A stretch of 64,000 nucleotides of DNA from Candidatus Gottesmanbacteria bacterium UBA6580. Its GTDB lineage: Bacteria > Patescibacteriota > Microgenomatia > UBA10105 > UBA927. Positions within the stretch are counted from its first letter, which is position 1. Every line of letters starts with the position of its first letter. Positions 35,577-48,796 of this stretch are shown one piece after another. Below the pieces are notes generated by a model that was given only the letters and a program-made list of their open reading frames with translations, searched no databases and was not told where the DNA came from. Made by a program: the position numbers and the translations under genes. The stretch is from NCBI GenBank assembly GCA_002433895.1, contig DJJA01000006.1:40630-104629 (forward strand), read 5' to 3'.

Positions 35577-36784
35577 TATTTAAACTGCGATGTCAAGTTG
35601 TAAATAGGGGTAATGACGGAGACAACGATAAACCCGACCCCGACGCCAAGAACGACCATGATAATAGGCTCAATTGCCGTCGTTAAGCCCTTCACCAAAT
35701 TTTCTGATTCAGACTGAAAATATTTCGACAATTTAAGGAGCGTGTCATCAAGCTTACCGGTTTCTTCACCAACTTTCATCATCTGGGAAACGATGGGAGG
35801 GAATACGGAATACTGAGCGAATGTTTCTCCCAGCGGGAACCCCCGCTCGACTTTTTTTGAAATATCCACAATCGCGTTACGGAACAATACATTCCCCAAT
35901 GCGTCTTTGAGTATCCTTAAGGCATCCAACAGCCGTATACCGGATGAAATAAGCATGGACAGCGTTCGGGTAAACTCGACCAATATTATTTTTTTCTGCA
36001 ACTCTCCGAATAGGGGAATATGTAATGCAATAGAATCGATGATAAATTCGCCCACCGGCGTTTTTCGCCACCGTAAAAAACCATACCCTCCGCCAACAGT
36101 AATCGCGATCATGAGCCACCACCATCCCACAAAAAAATGAGAAATACTGATAAGTAATTGTGTGGCAAACGGCAAATCTACTCCAAAATCCGCGTACAGT
36201 TCGGTAAGCTTCGGGATAACGACGGTCATCATGATCATCACGACAATGGCCATACCGACCATAATGATCGCCGGGTAAATCATGGCTCCGCTCACTTTGC
36301 TTCTGAATTCACGCTGTGACTCCAAGCTATCCGCTAACCGGGAAAGCACTTGATCCAATTGCCCGGAAGATTCTCCTGCACGGATAAGGGCGATATAGAT
36401 CGCAGAAAAATGCTGCGGGTATTTGGCAAGCGCGTCACCTAAGTTGCCGCCGCCGACAATCTGATGCTCAACTTCCATAAGCACACTTCCCATAGCAGGG
36501 TTTGTCGTCTGGATTCGGAGAATAGAAAGCGCCTCCGGGAGAGATAATCCCGCGACCACCATGGTGGAGAGCTGCCGGGTAAAATTCACGATCTCACCAA
36601 AACCTACCCGCTGAAACTGTGTTTGTACTGAACCTTTCGAGCGTCCCCGGGTCTCAGTAAGCCCGATAATAAACAGCTGCTTTTCATGAAGTAATCTGGT
36701 TGCAGCCTCTTTATTGGTGGCTTCCACAAGGCCTGTAGCCACTTTACCCGCGCTATCCCGCGCTTTATACGAAAAAAATGCCAT
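35576..36784 (-). CDS. pilC: Type IV pilus inner-membrane platform protein PilC (GspF family)
   Basis: A duplicated GspF domain, 402 aa. Confidence 0.85.
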   Translation of the reverse strand: MAFFSYKARDSAGKVATGLVEATNKEAATRLLHEKQLFIIGLTETRGRSKGSVQTQFQRVGFGEIVNFTRQLSTMVVAGLSLPEALSILRIQTTNPAMGSVLMEVEHQIVGGGNLGDALAKYPQHFSAIYIALIRAGESSGQLDQVLSRLADSLESQREFRSKVSGAMIYPAIIMVGMAIVVMIMMTVVIPKLTELYADFGVDLPFATQLLISISHFFVGWWWLMIAITVGGGYGFLRWRKTPVGEFIIDSIALHIPLFGELQKKIILVEFTRTLSMLISSGIRLLDALRILKDALGNVLFRNAIVDISKKVERGFPLGETFAQYSVFPPIVSQMMKVGEETGKLDDTLLKLSKYFQSESENLVKGLTTAIEPIIMVVLGVGVGFIVVSVITPIYNLTSQFK

Positions 36785-36805
36785 ACGTGTTATTCCTTTA
36801 TGCTA

Positions 36806-37864
36806 TTAGCCGGCCCGCTGCAGGAGCCTGCCGAGCTCTTCCGGACGGAGCGCAAATGCATTGGCAACTTCAAGACTAATTGCACCCGACCGTACCGACT
36901 GGGCAAGCGACGTTTCGAGCGTCTGCATCCCGAACTCCGCGCTGGTTTGGATAATATTATCTATTTGATGTGTCTTTCCTTCACGGATAAGGGTACGCAC
37001 TGCAGGTGTCGCAGTAAGTATTTCTGACGCAGGTACGCGTCCTCCTGAAAGCGCGGGGATCAACCGGAGCGAAAGCACCCCTTCAAGGACATTTGATAGT
37101 TGCAGGCGTACCTGCACCTGTTGGTTTTCCTGGAATACGTCCACAATACGGTCGACGGTTTGCGCAGCCGAGTTGGTATGTAAGGTCGCAAACACCAAAT
37201 GACCGGTTTCTGCGATGGTGATAGCGGACTGTATCGTTTCTAAGTCCCGCATTTCTCCAATCAAAACCACATCCGGATCTTCCCGCAACACACTCCGAAG
37301 TGCGACATTCCATGAGTGTGTGTCGCCATGCATTTCGCGCTGCGACACAATGGACTGTCCGGTCGGATATACGTACTCAATAGGGTCCTCGATGGTGACA
37401 ATATGCGCCGCCCTGTTTTGGTTAATCATATTAATCATTGATGCCAAAGTGGTTGATTTTCCATGCCCGGTAGGACCCGTGACCAACACGAGACCCTGCC
37501 GAAGCTTCACAAACTGATGGCAAATATCAGGAAGGCCTAATTCTTCTATCGTTTTTATTTTTTGGGGGATTAACCGGAACGCCGCAGCGATCGTTCCTTT
37601 TTGCATATAGACATTTACCCGGAAACGGCCGACTGCGGAAGCAAGAGAGTAATCAATTTCTTTATTCGTTTCATACACCTCTTTTTGCTCCGCGCTGAGT
37701 GTGCTGTAGATGAGCTCCTTGGCGATATCATCGGTAAGTATTGATGTCCCTTCCGCGGGAAACAGCACTCCTGATACACGGATCATCGGAGGAAATCCGA
37801 CAATAAGGTGGATATCGGACGCCTCCTTATGTGCCGCTTCTGCAAATAAATGTTGTATGTCCAT
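36806..37864 (-). CDS. pilT: Twitching-motility retraction ATPase PilT
   Basis: 'LVLVTGPTGHGKSTTLASMIN', a PilT-type hexameric ATPase. Confidence 0.9.
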   Translation of the reverse strand: MDIQHLFAEAAHKEASDIHLIVGFPPMIRVSGVLFPAEGTSILTDDIAKELIYSTLSAEQKEVYETNKEIDYSLASAVGRFRVNVYMQKGTIAAAFRLIPQKIKTIEELGLPDICHQFVKLRQGLVLVTGPTGHGKSTTLASMINMINQNRAAHIVTIEDPIEYVYPTGQSIVSQREMHGDTHSWNVALRSVLREDPDVVLIGEMRDLETIQSAITIAETGHLVFATLHTNSAAQTVDRIVDVFQENQQVQVRLQLSNVLEGVLSLRLIPALSGGRVPASEILTATPAVRTLIREGKTHQIDNIIQTSAEFGMQTLETSLAQSVRSGAISLEVANAFALRPEELGRLLQRAG

Positions 37865-37931
37865 ACGCTGTTATTTTGTCACTTTGTTATTCGGTTAGTT
37901 TGTCAATTTGTTACTTGGTTATCTTGTATAG

Positions 37932-39647
37932 TTAGTCTTGTGCCACCCGCAGCACTTCTTCAATAGTGGTAATACCTTCAAGTGCCTTGAGATATCCGTC
38001 CTGTTTCATCGTAATCATTCCCTCACTCACCGCCTGCGTCTCTATTTCTTTCATGGTTGCATGTGACAGAGTCAGTTTGCTGATCATGTCAGTAACCGCA
38101 AATACCTCAAAAATACCCAATCGTCCCAAATAGCCTGCGCCGCCGCAGGTTTCGCACGGGGTACCGTTCACACTCCCTTTTCCTTTGTAGAGCACCATCG
38201 GTTTATCTTGCGGCCACAAATTTCCCACCACCTTCTTAATATCAATAATGACCGCTTCCTCGGGTACATACTCTTCTCTACAGGTAGGACACAGACGGCG
38301 GGCGATACGCTGACCGACCACCGCGTTGAGCGCAGAGGCAAGTAAAAATGGTTCAGCCCCCAAATCAATCAACCGCGGTATCGCGCCTGACGCGTTGTTT
38401 GTGTGTAACGTAGAAAATACCAAGTGTCCGGTTAACGCGGCCTGTATGGCAAGTTCTGTTGTCTCTTGGTCACGAATTTCTCCCACCAGGATAATATTCG
38501 GGTCCTGACGCAAAAATGACCGCAATCCGGTTGCAAACGTCAGTCCTGCCGCAGGATTAATCTGCACTTGATTAACGCCGGTAATTTCGTACTCAACCGG
38601 ATCCTCCAGCGTCATAATATTAACCTTGGCATTATTAAGGATGGAAAGCACTGAATACAGTGTCGTCGTTTTTCCGGAACCCGTCGGTCCGGTTACCAAT
38701 ATGACCCCGTGCGGTCTGCGGATAGAGGACTCCAGATTTTTGATAGCCAAACCGCGAAGACCTAAATCCGGTAGCGTGGGAATACCTCCTGATTTTTTCA
38801 GCAACCGCATAACCACCTTTTCGCCGTGCACGGTAGGAAGTGTAGAAACACGGAGATCCACCTCGCTTTCACTCATTTTAAAATTAAACCGGCCGTCTTG
38901 GGGAATTCGTTTTTCGTCAATTTTCAAATCCGCCAATATTTTGATACGCGAAATGACGGCGTCCTGCAATTTACGTGGCAACATGAGCCGTTCCTGCAAA
39001 ATACCGTCGACACGATACCGCACCCGTGTTTCTCCTATTTGCGGCTCTATGTGGATATCGGACGCGCGTATGCGTATAGCCTGTTCCAAAATTGCTGATA
39101 CAATCTGCGCGATGGGAGCTTCACGGATCACCTCTCCCAAGTGTCCTGCTTCGTATGTTTTGACCGCTGGTTCTGATTCTTCCAGTGCTGCGGTCACATC
39201 CGCGCCGAGATTTTGGGTGTACAGTTCGTTTATTGCCGATTTGATATCATCTTCTACCCCCATGAATGCTTTTATGGGACGGCCGGATTTTTTCTCCAAA
39301 AATTCCACCACCTGGAAATCCAACGGGTCAAGCATTGCGACCGAAAGCGCGCCCGGCTCTTTTGCGTCTATCTGAAACGGTACGAGCGTGTACCGTCTCG
39401 CTACCGGTTCGGGGATAAAATTAATAACATCGGGTGTAATTGCCCGACCGGAGATGGTCACAAATGGGATACCGAGTGTTTCCGCTTTTGCCTTTGCGTA
39501 TACTTCCGGGGTAACAATGCGCTTTTCCTTAATCACCTCTTCAAATGACACACCCGAATTTAATGCGTCAGTCCGGAGACGCTCTGCCTGTTCCTCCGTC
39601 AAGGCCTTTGCTTTTACTAAACTGGTGATGATGTCTAGGGCAGGCAT
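37932..39647 (-). CDS. pilB: Type IV pilus assembly ATPase PilB (GspE family)
   Basis: 'VILVTGPTGSGKTTTLYS' and the tetracysteine 'CPTC...CETCGG'. Confidence 0.9.
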   Translation of the reverse strand: MPALDIITSLVKAKALTEEQAERLRTDALNSGVSFEEVIKEKRIVTPEVYAKAKAETLGIPFVTISGRAITPDVINFIPEPVARRYTLVPFQIDAKEPGALSVAMLDPLDFQVVEFLEKKSGRPIKAFMGVEDDIKSAINELYTQNLGADVTAALEESEPAVKTYEAGHLGEVIREAPIAQIVSAILEQAIRIRASDIHIEPQIGETRVRYRVDGILQERLMLPRKLQDAVISRIKILADLKIDEKRIPQDGRFNFKMSESEVDLRVSTLPTVHGEKVVMRLLKKSGGIPTLPDLGLRGLAIKNLESSIRRPHGVILVTGPTGSGKTTTLYSVLSILNNAKVNIMTLEDPVEYEITGVNQVQINPAAGLTFATGLRSFLRQDPNIILVGEIRDQETTELAIQAALTGHLVFSTLHTNNASGAIPRLIDLGAEPFLLASALNAVVGQRIARRLCPTCREEYVPEEAVIIDIKKVVGNLWPQDKPMVLYKGKGSVNGTPCETCGGAGYLGRLGIFEVFAVTDMISKLTLSHATMKEIETQAVSEGMITMKQDGYLKALEGITTIEEVLRVAQD

Positions 39648-39819
39648 ACGTATAACAAACCAACCTGAGTATAAATATACACAGGTAAAAATCTATCGCT
39701 TATTCCATTATTCAATACGAACACTCGTTATTGCAAGGGGAGGGAAGGAAATTGTACTAGTAAATCCGCTGCATTTTACCTACAATAAGACCGGAAATAT
39801 CCTATATAGGTCATCATGT

Positions 39820-40491
39820 ATGCAAACCGTCCTTTATATTCACCATGATCCCGCAATCAGAGAACAGGCGATACGCGCAACAATAAACGAGTGGGGGATT
39901 TCACCATTTGATTGTGTCGCGCCAGCATCAGACACCCCTTCAATCGGTATAAAGGAAATCCGCGCGTTTATAAAACGGCTTTCATTACTACCCCAACAGG
40001 GAACACATACTGCAGGCATCATCGCCGAAGCCGAACGGCTTACGACGGAAGCACAACAGGCACTTTTGAAAACGCTGGAAGAACCACCCGCTCACGCCTA
40101 TATCGTCATCGGGGTTTCAAATATCCAAACTATCTTAGGAACCATCGTCTCCCGGTGCGAATGCCGGTTGCTCCCGTCGACTCCCGGCACCCCGGTTCCG
40201 TCATCGGCGCCCGGATATGACCTCCATTCATTTTTCGCGTTATCAAAAGGAGGGAAAATTGCGTATCTATCTACTATCGGCACAACAAAAGAACATTTGT
40301 TGCCGTGGATAGATACCGCCATTACAACACTCCGCACCGAACTTATTAGTGACCAAATACACACAAAGAATCGGGCTGCTATACCATATAAAATAGCATT
40401 TCTTCACGCGCTTCTTGAAACCCGTAAGTATCAGGAAAACAATATAAACATACTGCTCCAACTGGAAGCCGCGGCGCTCGCGCTCCCGTAA
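39820..40491 (+). CDS. holB: DNA polymerase III delta'-like clamp-loader subunit with a degenerate ATPase
   Basis: 'QALLKTLEEPP' signature. The ORF-track GTG extension to 39388 overlaps pilB and was rejected. Confidence 0.6.
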   Translation: MQTVLYIHHDPAIREQAIRATINEWGISPFDCVAPASDTPSIGIKEIRAFIKRLSLLPQQGTHTAGIIAEAERLTTEAQQALLKTLEEPPAHAYIVIGVSNIQTILGTIVSRCECRLLPSTPGTPVPSSAPGYDLHSFFALSKGGKIAYLSTIGTTKEHLLPWIDTAITTLRTELISDQIHTKNRAAIPYKIAFLHALLETRKYQENNINILLQLEAAALALP

Positions 40492-40546
40492 AATATGTTT
40501 TCCCAAAACATGGCTAGACAAGGCAATATACGATCTAGTACAATGA

Positions 40547-42511
<1,965 letters not shown>

Positions 42512-42673
42512 TGTAGCTCTGCTGACGGAGTCCGCCGATCATCGCTCCGTGAGCCACGCTACGAACAGTAGGTAAGGCGAAAGGGAAGATAAGGCGGACA
42601 AAAACGGCGACATTGGATATATAACAAAACAACGAAAACAGTATATACATACAATTTTATAAAGGAGGAGTTT

Positions 42674-43192
42674 ATGAACTTAGCAGCTATTAAACCAGGA
42701 AAGAACCCACCGGAAGACATAAACGTCATCATCGAAATTCCGGAAGGATGCATGGTGAAATATGAAATGGATAAAGAAGCAGAAATAATCATGGTCGACC
42801 GTTTCGTACGTACCACCATGGGCTACCCTGCAAATTACGGATTTGTCCCAAACACCAAATCAGGCGACGGAGACCCGGTCGACGTCATGGTGCTTTGCTC
42901 ACAACCATTGCACCCCGGCGTCATGGTGAATGTGATCCCAATTGGCATGCTGGAAATGGAAGACGAATCCGGCATTGATATGAAAGTGGTAGCCGTACCG
43001 AGCGAAAAATCTGATCCTATCTACGGCGCCATGAAGGATGTTATGGATATCCCGGAACCGACCAAAGCAAAAATTAAACACTTTTTCGAACACTACAAAG
43101 AACTTGAGCCAGGCAAATGGGTCAAACTCAAGGAATGGAAAGGGAAAGCGGTTGCCCAAAAAGAAATAATGGATGGCATAGCACACAAATAA
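42674..43192 (+). CDS. ppa: Inorganic pyrophosphatase (family I)
   Basis: '[10 protein letters not shown]' and an upstream SD 'aaaggagg'. Confidence 0.9.
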   Translation: MNLAAIKPGKNPPEDINVIIEIPEGCMVKYEMDKEAEIIMVDRFVRTTMGYPANYGFVPNTKSGDGDPVDVMVLCSQPLHPGVMVNVIPIGMLEMEDESGIDMKVVAVPSEKSDPIYGAMKDVMDIPEPTKAKIKHFFEHYKELEPGKWVKLKEWKGKAVAQKEIMDGIAHK

Positions 43193-43196
43193 TCAT

Positions 43197-45719
43197 ATGG
43201 CAGATATCGGCAAAATCCAGGAAAGCAATATCGTTACAGAAATGCAAAAGTCCTATATGGACTATGCGATGAGCGTCATCGTCTCACGCGCATTACCTGA
43301 TGTACGGGACGGTTTAAAACCGGTACACCGCCGTATCCTCTATGCCATGCACCAAACTGGTCTGCATCACAGTGCCAAATACAAAAAGTCTGCCACGGTC
43401 GTCGGAGAAGTGCTGGGTAAATACCACCCGCACGGCGACTCGTCAGTATATGAAGCGTTGGTACGTCTTGCCCAGGATTTTTCGATGCGCTATACCCTCG
43501 TCGACGGGCAGGGGAACTTCGGCTCAGTAGATGGTGATCCGCCAGCCGCCATGCGGTATACGGAGTGCCGCCTCGACAGTATCGCTGACGAAATGCTTCT
43601 GGATATCGAAAAAGAAACAGTGAGTTTCTTACCCAATTTTGACGGTTCCATCCAGGAGCCGGTATGTTTGCCCGCGAAACTTCCCAATCTGTTGCTCATG
43701 GGAAGTGAGGGTATTGCCGTAGGTATGGCAACGAAAATCCCGCCGCATAATTTATCCGAACTCGTGGATGCGATCGTTTTTATGATCGGCAAATCAACAA
43801 TCGACAAAAAAGGAACAGTCAGTACCAACGACGTCGGCGAAAGCAAACGGTTCGGCATGACGTTTGATGTAACACTTGAGGATCTCATGGGATTTGTACA
43901 GGGGCCGGATTTCCCGACTGCCGGAGCCATCTATGACATCAACGAAATCAAAAACGCCTATTCAACCGGCAAAGGCAAGATCGTCATGCGCGGTAAGGCA
44001 GAAATCGAAGAAATGGGCAACGGCAAAAGCATGATTGCCATCACCGAACTCCCGTACCAGGTAAACAAAGCAAATCTGGTCGCCAAAATCGCGGATCTCG
44101 TCAAAGACAAAAAACTTGACGGCATTTCTGATCTCCGCGACGAATCTGACCGCCGTGGTATCCGGGTCGTTGTCGAACTTAAACGCGACGCGCAACCAAA
44201 CAAAGTCCTCAATAATCTGTATAAATTTACTGAACTGCAGAGCACCTTCCCGGTAAATGTCGTGGCGCTCGTCGACGGCACACCCAGGACACTAACCCTC
44301 CGCGAAATTCTGGAAGAATACCTGCGGCACCGTCACGATGTCATTTACCGGCGGAGCGAATTCGAACTCAAGGAAGCAAAAGCCCGGGAACACATCCTTG
44401 AAGGACTCAAGATTGCCGTTGACCATATCGACGAAGTAATCGCGATCATCAAAAAAGCAAAAGATGCCGAGGATGCCAAAACAAAACTCATGGCACGCTT
44501 TAAACTTTCCGAAATTCAGGCGACCGCAATTCTCGATATGCAGCTCCGGAAACTCGCCGCGTTGGAACGCCAAAAAATCGAAGATGAACTCGCCATGATC
44601 CGGGAAACAATTGCATACTTAAATGATCTCTTGGCGCATCCTGAGAAAATCCTCAAGGTTATCAAAGAAGAGCTCATTAAACTCAAAGAAAAATACGGTG
44701 ACAACCGGAAAACCCGTGTTTACAAGAGTAAAGTAGGCGAACTTTCTGACGAACAACTTATCCCGAACGAAGAAACTATTATCACCATGACCGAAACCGG
44801 CTACATCAAACGGGTACCGCGCTCCACATTCAAACTGCAGGAGCGGGGAGGCAAAGGCGTCATCGGGATGACGACCAAAGACGAAGACGCGATTGACCGG
44901 TTGGTAAGTGCCCACACCCACGACAATATGCTCTTTTTCACCGAAAAAGGAAAAGTATATCAGGTACGGGTATGGGATATTCCCGAAGCAAGCAGGCAGT
45001 CCAAAGGCCAGGCAGTGGTGAACCTCATCAACATCGAGAGTGCCGAAAAAGTCACATCCATGCTGGCTTACTCACTGAAACGCTCAGAACAAAAAGAGAA
45101 AGGTTTGGAATACATTCTCATGGCTACCAAAAAAGGCGTCGTAAAGAAAACAAAACTTTCCCAGTATGAAAACATCAGACGCAACGGCCTGCTATCAATC
45201 AAGCTGGACACAGGTGATGAGCTTATCTGGGCGAAACTGACGAGCGGTAATGATGACGTGTTGCTTGTCACCCATGATGGCAAAACTATCCGGTTTTCGG
45301 AAACTGAAGTGCGGCATACCGGCCGTGACACCATGGGCGTGCGGGGTATTCTCCTCAAGCCCGGTGACTATGTCGTCGCCATGGAGGTGATCGGCAGCGA
45401 AAACAAAAAAGCAGACTTTTTAACCCTCATGGAAAAGGGCCTCGGCAAAAAAACGAACATTACCGGCTTCCCGAAGCAGAAACGGGGCGGGCAGGGAGTA
45501 AAAGTCGCGGAGATAAAGCCGAAAACAGGCAAAGTAGTGCTTTCACAAATGGTTCCCGAAGGAAGCGAAGAGGTTATCCTTACTTCCACCAAAGGACAAG
45601 TCGTGAAACTGCCGATGAAGTCTATTCCGCAGCTGTCCCGTGCCACAAGTGGTGTCATACTTATGCGCTTTACGGATAAGAATGATACGATCGCTGCGGC
45701 CACCTGCCTTACCAAGTAA
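43197..45719 (+). CDS. gyrA: DNA gyrase subunit A
   Basis: '[19 protein letters not shown]' and C-terminal beta-pinwheel repeats. Confidence 0.9.
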   Translation: MADIGKIQESNIVTEMQKSYMDYAMSVIVSRALPDVRDGLKPVHRRILYAMHQTGLHHSAKYKKSATVVGEVLGKYHPHGDSSVYEALVRLAQDFSMRYTLVDGQGNFGSVDGDPPAAMRYTECRLDSIADEMLLDIEKETVSFLPNFDGSIQEPVCLPAKLPNLLLMGSEGIAVGMATKIPPHNLSELVDAIVFMIGKSTIDKKGTVSTNDVGESKRFGMTFDVTLEDLMGFVQGPDFPTAGAIYDINEIKNAYSTGKGKIVMRGKAEIEEMGNGKSMIAITELPYQVNKANLVAKIADLVKDKKLDGISDLRDESDRRGIRVVVELKRDAQPNKVLNNLYKFTELQSTFPVNVVALVDGTPRTLTLREILEEYLRHRHDVIYRRSEFELKEAKAREHILEGLKIAVDHIDEVIAIIKKAKDAEDAKTKLMARFKLSEIQATAILDMQLRKLAALERQKIEDELAMIRETIAYLNDLLAHPEKILKVIKEELIKLKEKYGDNRKTRVYKSKVGELSDEQLIPNEETIITMTETGYIKRVPRSTFKLQERGGKGVIGMTTKDEDAIDRLVSAHTHDNMLFFTEKGKVYQVRVWDIPEASRQSKGQAVVNLINIESAEKVTSMLAYSLKRSEQKEKGLEYILMATKKGVVKKTKLSQYENIRRNGLLSIKLDTGDELIWAKLTSGNDDVLLVTHDGKTIRFSETEVRHTGRDTMGVRGILLKPGDYVVAMEVIGSENKKADFLTLMEKGLGKKTNITGFPKQKRGGQGVKVAEIKPKTGKVVLSQMVPEGSEEVILTSTKGQVVKLPMKSIPQLSRATSGVILMRFTDKNDTIAAATCLTK

Positions 45720-45723
45720 TCTT

Positions 45724-46137
45724 ATGGCTGATCCTGAGTGGAAACCTGGCTTGGCTTGTGAAGGTCGGCATTTACTCATCGATTTCTACCGCAAAACAGC
45801 AAAAAGCATCCCCCGGGTAAACGGCATGCGCTGTGCCCCCATACAGTTTCAAGCAGGAATGTCGAGTGTGATGATCGGATGTGACAAACACAAATGTCCG
45901 CTGCTTGGCGGGCAAGCAGATGAGACACTTACCGAGCAAACAGAATTTGTCCTCGAACGCACAAATACACAAAATAGAAACATGACCTCACTCCAGTTAC
46001 AATGGAACCAATTTCCGTCATTCCGCGCCGGCGGCGTTGTAGAAGTTCAGGGTACCATCATTACCGCACAGTACCTACTCCCGGAATGTATACGGAGGAA
46101 AATACCAAGGAAGGGTGAAAATTACCGTATCACATAA
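45724..46137 (+). CDS. Hypothetical Cys-containing small protein
   Basis: The ATG lies 4 nt after the gyrA stop, which suggests translational coupling. No recognisable domain. Confidence 0.4.
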   Translation: MADPEWKPGLACEGRHLLIDFYRKTAKSIPRVNGMRCAPIQFQAGMSSVMIGCDKHKCPLLGGQADETLTEQTEFVLERTNTQNRNMTSLQLQWNQFPSFRAGGVVEVQGTIITAQYLLPECIRRKIPRKGENYRIT

Positions 46138-46186
46138 GACGGAAGGCGTATTGAAATCAACAGAGATGATACAATAGAGCCGCATT

Positions 46187-46567
46187 ATGGAATCATTTCT
46201 TCAACCAGTGCTGATTGCGCTCGCGCTTATATCGAGTTACGCGCAGATGACCTATACGCTCATCGCTACCTCATTTAACCGTCAGGTGGCAAAAACCCAA
46301 TGCGAAAAAGACGGAAAAGAATTTCTGAGCTGGTGTAACGGCACAAACTACGCGTGTGTACAACAATTTGCTGACGCGGGCACCATGTGTAACGGCACAA
46401 GCCAGCGGTGTTTAGGATTTTGTATAACCACGGAGGCAGGCACAGGAATGTGCAGTGAGTATCCGCTGCCGAAGCAACTCTATGATAAATACTCGAGTAC
46501 ACCTCCTCAGGGCGTGATGGGGCAACTGCCTGCAACCATCATGGATCAATCATGCCTCACTCGGTAG
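46187..46567 (+). CDS. Hypothetical secreted Cys-rich small protein (signal peptide, 8 Cys)
   Basis: 'MESFLQPVLIALALISSYAQ' signal-like N-terminus, with cysteines in pairs. Confidence 0.45.
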   Translation: MESFLQPVLIALALISSYAQMTYTLIATSFNRQVAKTQCEKDGKEFLSWCNGTNYACVQQFADAGTMCNGTSQRCLGFCITTEAGTGMCSEYPLPKQLYDKYSSTPPQGVMGQLPATIMDQSCLTR

Positions 46568-46800
46568 AAAAACCTTTATATCTTTCCGGACTTTTTATTC
46601 ACGGGGCCCAAAAATATCCCGTCCGTATAGAAGTAACGCGCACCAGGGCAGGTTGGCAAGCGATGTGTACTTCAGAAGCCCCACGGCGGACTGTTATACC
46701 GCCATACACCGGTTCGTTTGGACCACACAAAGACTATGATGAACTCCTGACCGCGTTACGGACAAGATTATCAAACGTGCGGGAAGTTATTGAGTTATAA
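46552..46800 (+). CDS. Hypothetical small protein
   Basis: An ORF only, overlapping its neighbours by a few nt. Confidence 0.3.
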   Translation: MPHSVEKPLYLSGLFIHGAQKYPVRIEVTRTRAGWQAMCTSEAPRRTVIPPYTGSFGPHKDYDELLTALRTRLSNVREVIEL

Positions 46801-47095
46801 CATGAAAACTATGAAGGAAGCGTTCCAAAGAGGATGGCGTGATGCCTATACAATCGAGCGTACCCGCAGCCGCTTTGGCTTTTGTGCATCTATGCGCATG
46901 TCGCTGCGGCTTACCGGTAGAGAGCAGGAATTACACCAAAAAACCCGCAGTGAAAATATCGCTAACACGCTGGGATTATGGAGCGGATCGACCTGGCAAA
47001 CGCTGCGGTACTACGGACGCGTTTTGATACCAAAACCTATAACTGAAATAACCGTCGCTCTCCCTGCCGATAACGACCCAAAAAGGAACAGTTAA
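46790..47095 (+). CDS. Hypothetical small protein
   Basis: An ORF only. Confidence 0.3.
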   Translation: MSYNMKTMKEAFQRGWRDAYTIERTRSRFGFCASMRMSLRLTGREQELHQKTRSENIANTLGLWSGSTWQTLRYYGRVLIPKPITEITVALPADNDPKRNS

Positions 47096-47832
47096 CGGAG
47101 CTCAAACGTCACGGTGACCGCCTTACTCACCGTTCCACTTCCTGGCTCCACCGCTCCACCGCCACCACCGCCGCCCTCCATCCGGCCATAAAAGGGAACA
47201 GGTTGTTGTGATGCTCCAGCCTCAGTGACACTGACCACTTTCCCTAATTTTTGGCCTGTAGATTGTGCCACCTTTTCCGCTTTCACTTTCGCGTTGTTAA
47301 ATGCCGCGTCCAGAAGCGCTGTTGCTTGCTCACTCGTATCGTCAAACGTGAAGTTGGGACCGTACACATTGTTGGCTCCGGTATTGGTAAGTACCCCCGC
47401 AAGCGCCGATGCCTGGTCAACATTCCGTAGCGTTATTTCAACCGTGTTACTGACATTCCATTGTCCGGGCCGGTATTTTTGCCGGCCGTCTTCGTAATAC
47501 TGATCCTGGTTCTGATAAATATTCAGGCTCTGTGTCTTGATATCTTCCTCAGTGACACCGAATACCTTTACCGCCTGAATAATAGCTTCAACTTTTTTAT
47601 TGACGTCATTAACCGCGACTGTTTTATCATCGCTAAACGCATTGACCCCGGCCGAAAAAACAGCGATTTGGCTTTTTTCTTGTGATTTTGCTTCACCCAC
47701 CACCGTCACCGTTTGGGTAGGTGCGACGTGTATCCTGCCCCACGAAGGAAGGAAAAGACTGCCTACCGCTACCAGAGACACCAAGAGCACGCTGCTTATA
47801 ATAATCGCGACACTTAACGGTTTGTGTTCCAT
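47092..47832 (-). CDS. SIMPL/DUF541-domain secreted protein (with a poly-Gly segment)
   Basis: An N-terminal TM/signal segment, a 'VTVVGEAKSQEKSQIAVFSAGV' DUF541 core, and 'GGGGGGGAVEPGSGTV'. Confidence 0.7.
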   Translation of the reverse strand: MEHKPLSVAIIISSVLLVSLVAVGSLFLPSWGRIHVAPTQTVTVVGEAKSQEKSQIAVFSAGVNAFSDDKTVAVNDVNKKVEAIIQAVKVFGVTEEDIKTQSLNIYQNQDQYYEDGRQKYRPGQWNVSNTVEITLRNVDQASALAGVLTNTGANNVYGPNFTFDDTSEQATALLDAAFNNAKVKAEKVAQSTGQKLGKVVSVTEAGASQQPVPFYGRMEGGGGGGGAVEPGSGTVSKAVTVTFELR

Positions 47833-47916
47833 AAATGTAATAACTCCTCTTTATTTATCATGCGGTGAAATAGTCCCTATTGTCAAATATGAATTTTGCT
47901 ATACTGGTGTATACGT

Positions 47917-48783
47917 ATGATAGTAGACGGTAAATTACTTGCACAATCGTTACTCGATATATTAAAAGCCGATGTTGGTGCGTTACAAAAAAAGGGCATC
48001 ACCCCGACGCTTGCCGTTATCTTGATAGGGGATGATCCTGCATCGCTGGCCTATATCAAACAAAAACAAAAAGCCGCAGAAACAATCGGCGCGCGTGTTC
48101 TATTTGATCATCAGCCGCCGGCGCTGACTGCCGGAGGCCTTTACAACCTTATCACCAAATACAATAAAGATACTGCCGTGCATGGGCTCATTGTCCAGCG
48201 GCCTATCCCAAAGGAAGTAGGTGTGGTCAATGACACACTGGATGATGTTTTGCCTTCCAAAGACGTCGATGGATTTTTACCCGGATCCCCGTTTGAGGTA
48301 CCGGTAGCGATGGCGGTAGGGGAGATACTTCGCACTATTTACACCGCACAACTCCCTGTTAACGATACGACGCCACAACATCACAAAGAATTTACCGGTT
48401 GGCTCAAAGATAAACATATTGTCGTTATCGGCAGGGGGCAAACCGCAGGTACACCAATCTTCCACTTCCTACAGAAGCGTGGAACAAAAGTGACGCAAAT
48501 TCATTCCCAAACCCCGGATCCCGAAACACACATTAAAAAAGCAGACATCGTGATTTCGTGTGTCGGGCGTGAACGCATAGTAGCCCGTGAGTCGGTGAAA
48601 CCGGGGGCAATTCTCATAAGCGTTGGTCTCTGGCGTGATAGTGAAGGAAAACTGCGGGGAGACTATGAAGAGGCTGATATTTCTGATGTGGCGGGCTGGT
48701 ATACCCCCACACCCGGCGGCGTAGGCCCCGTCAATGTCGCTTGTCTCATGCAAAATCTTATAAAAGCTTGTAAGATGAAATAA
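47917..48783 (+). CDS. folD: Bifunctional methylene-THF dehydrogenase/cyclohydrolase
   Basis: 'MIVDGKLLAQ...ITPTLAVILIGDDPAS.AYIKQKQKA'. The ORF-track start at 47896 is a TTG. Confidence 0.85.
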   Translation: MIVDGKLLAQSLLDILKADVGALQKKGITPTLAVILIGDDPASLAYIKQKQKAAETIGARVLFDHQPPALTAGGLYNLITKYNKDTAVHGLIVQRPIPKEVGVVNDTLDDVLPSKDVDGFLPGSPFEVPVAMAVGEILRTIYTAQLPVNDTTPQHHKEFTGWLKDKHIVVIGRGQTAGTPIFHFLQKRGTKVTQIHSQTPDPETHIKKADIVISCVGRERIVARESVKPGAILISVGLWRDSEGKLRGDYEEADISDVAGWYTPTPGGVGPVNVACLMQNLIKACKMK

Positions 48784-48796
48784 GGAGGATCTATAT

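Noticed and set aside
39388-39819. ORF-track extension of the holB-like gene upstream to a GTG at 39388
   Set aside because: It overlaps the pilB 5' end on the opposite strand over about 260 bp. The conserved clamp-loader homology starts at Met39820.
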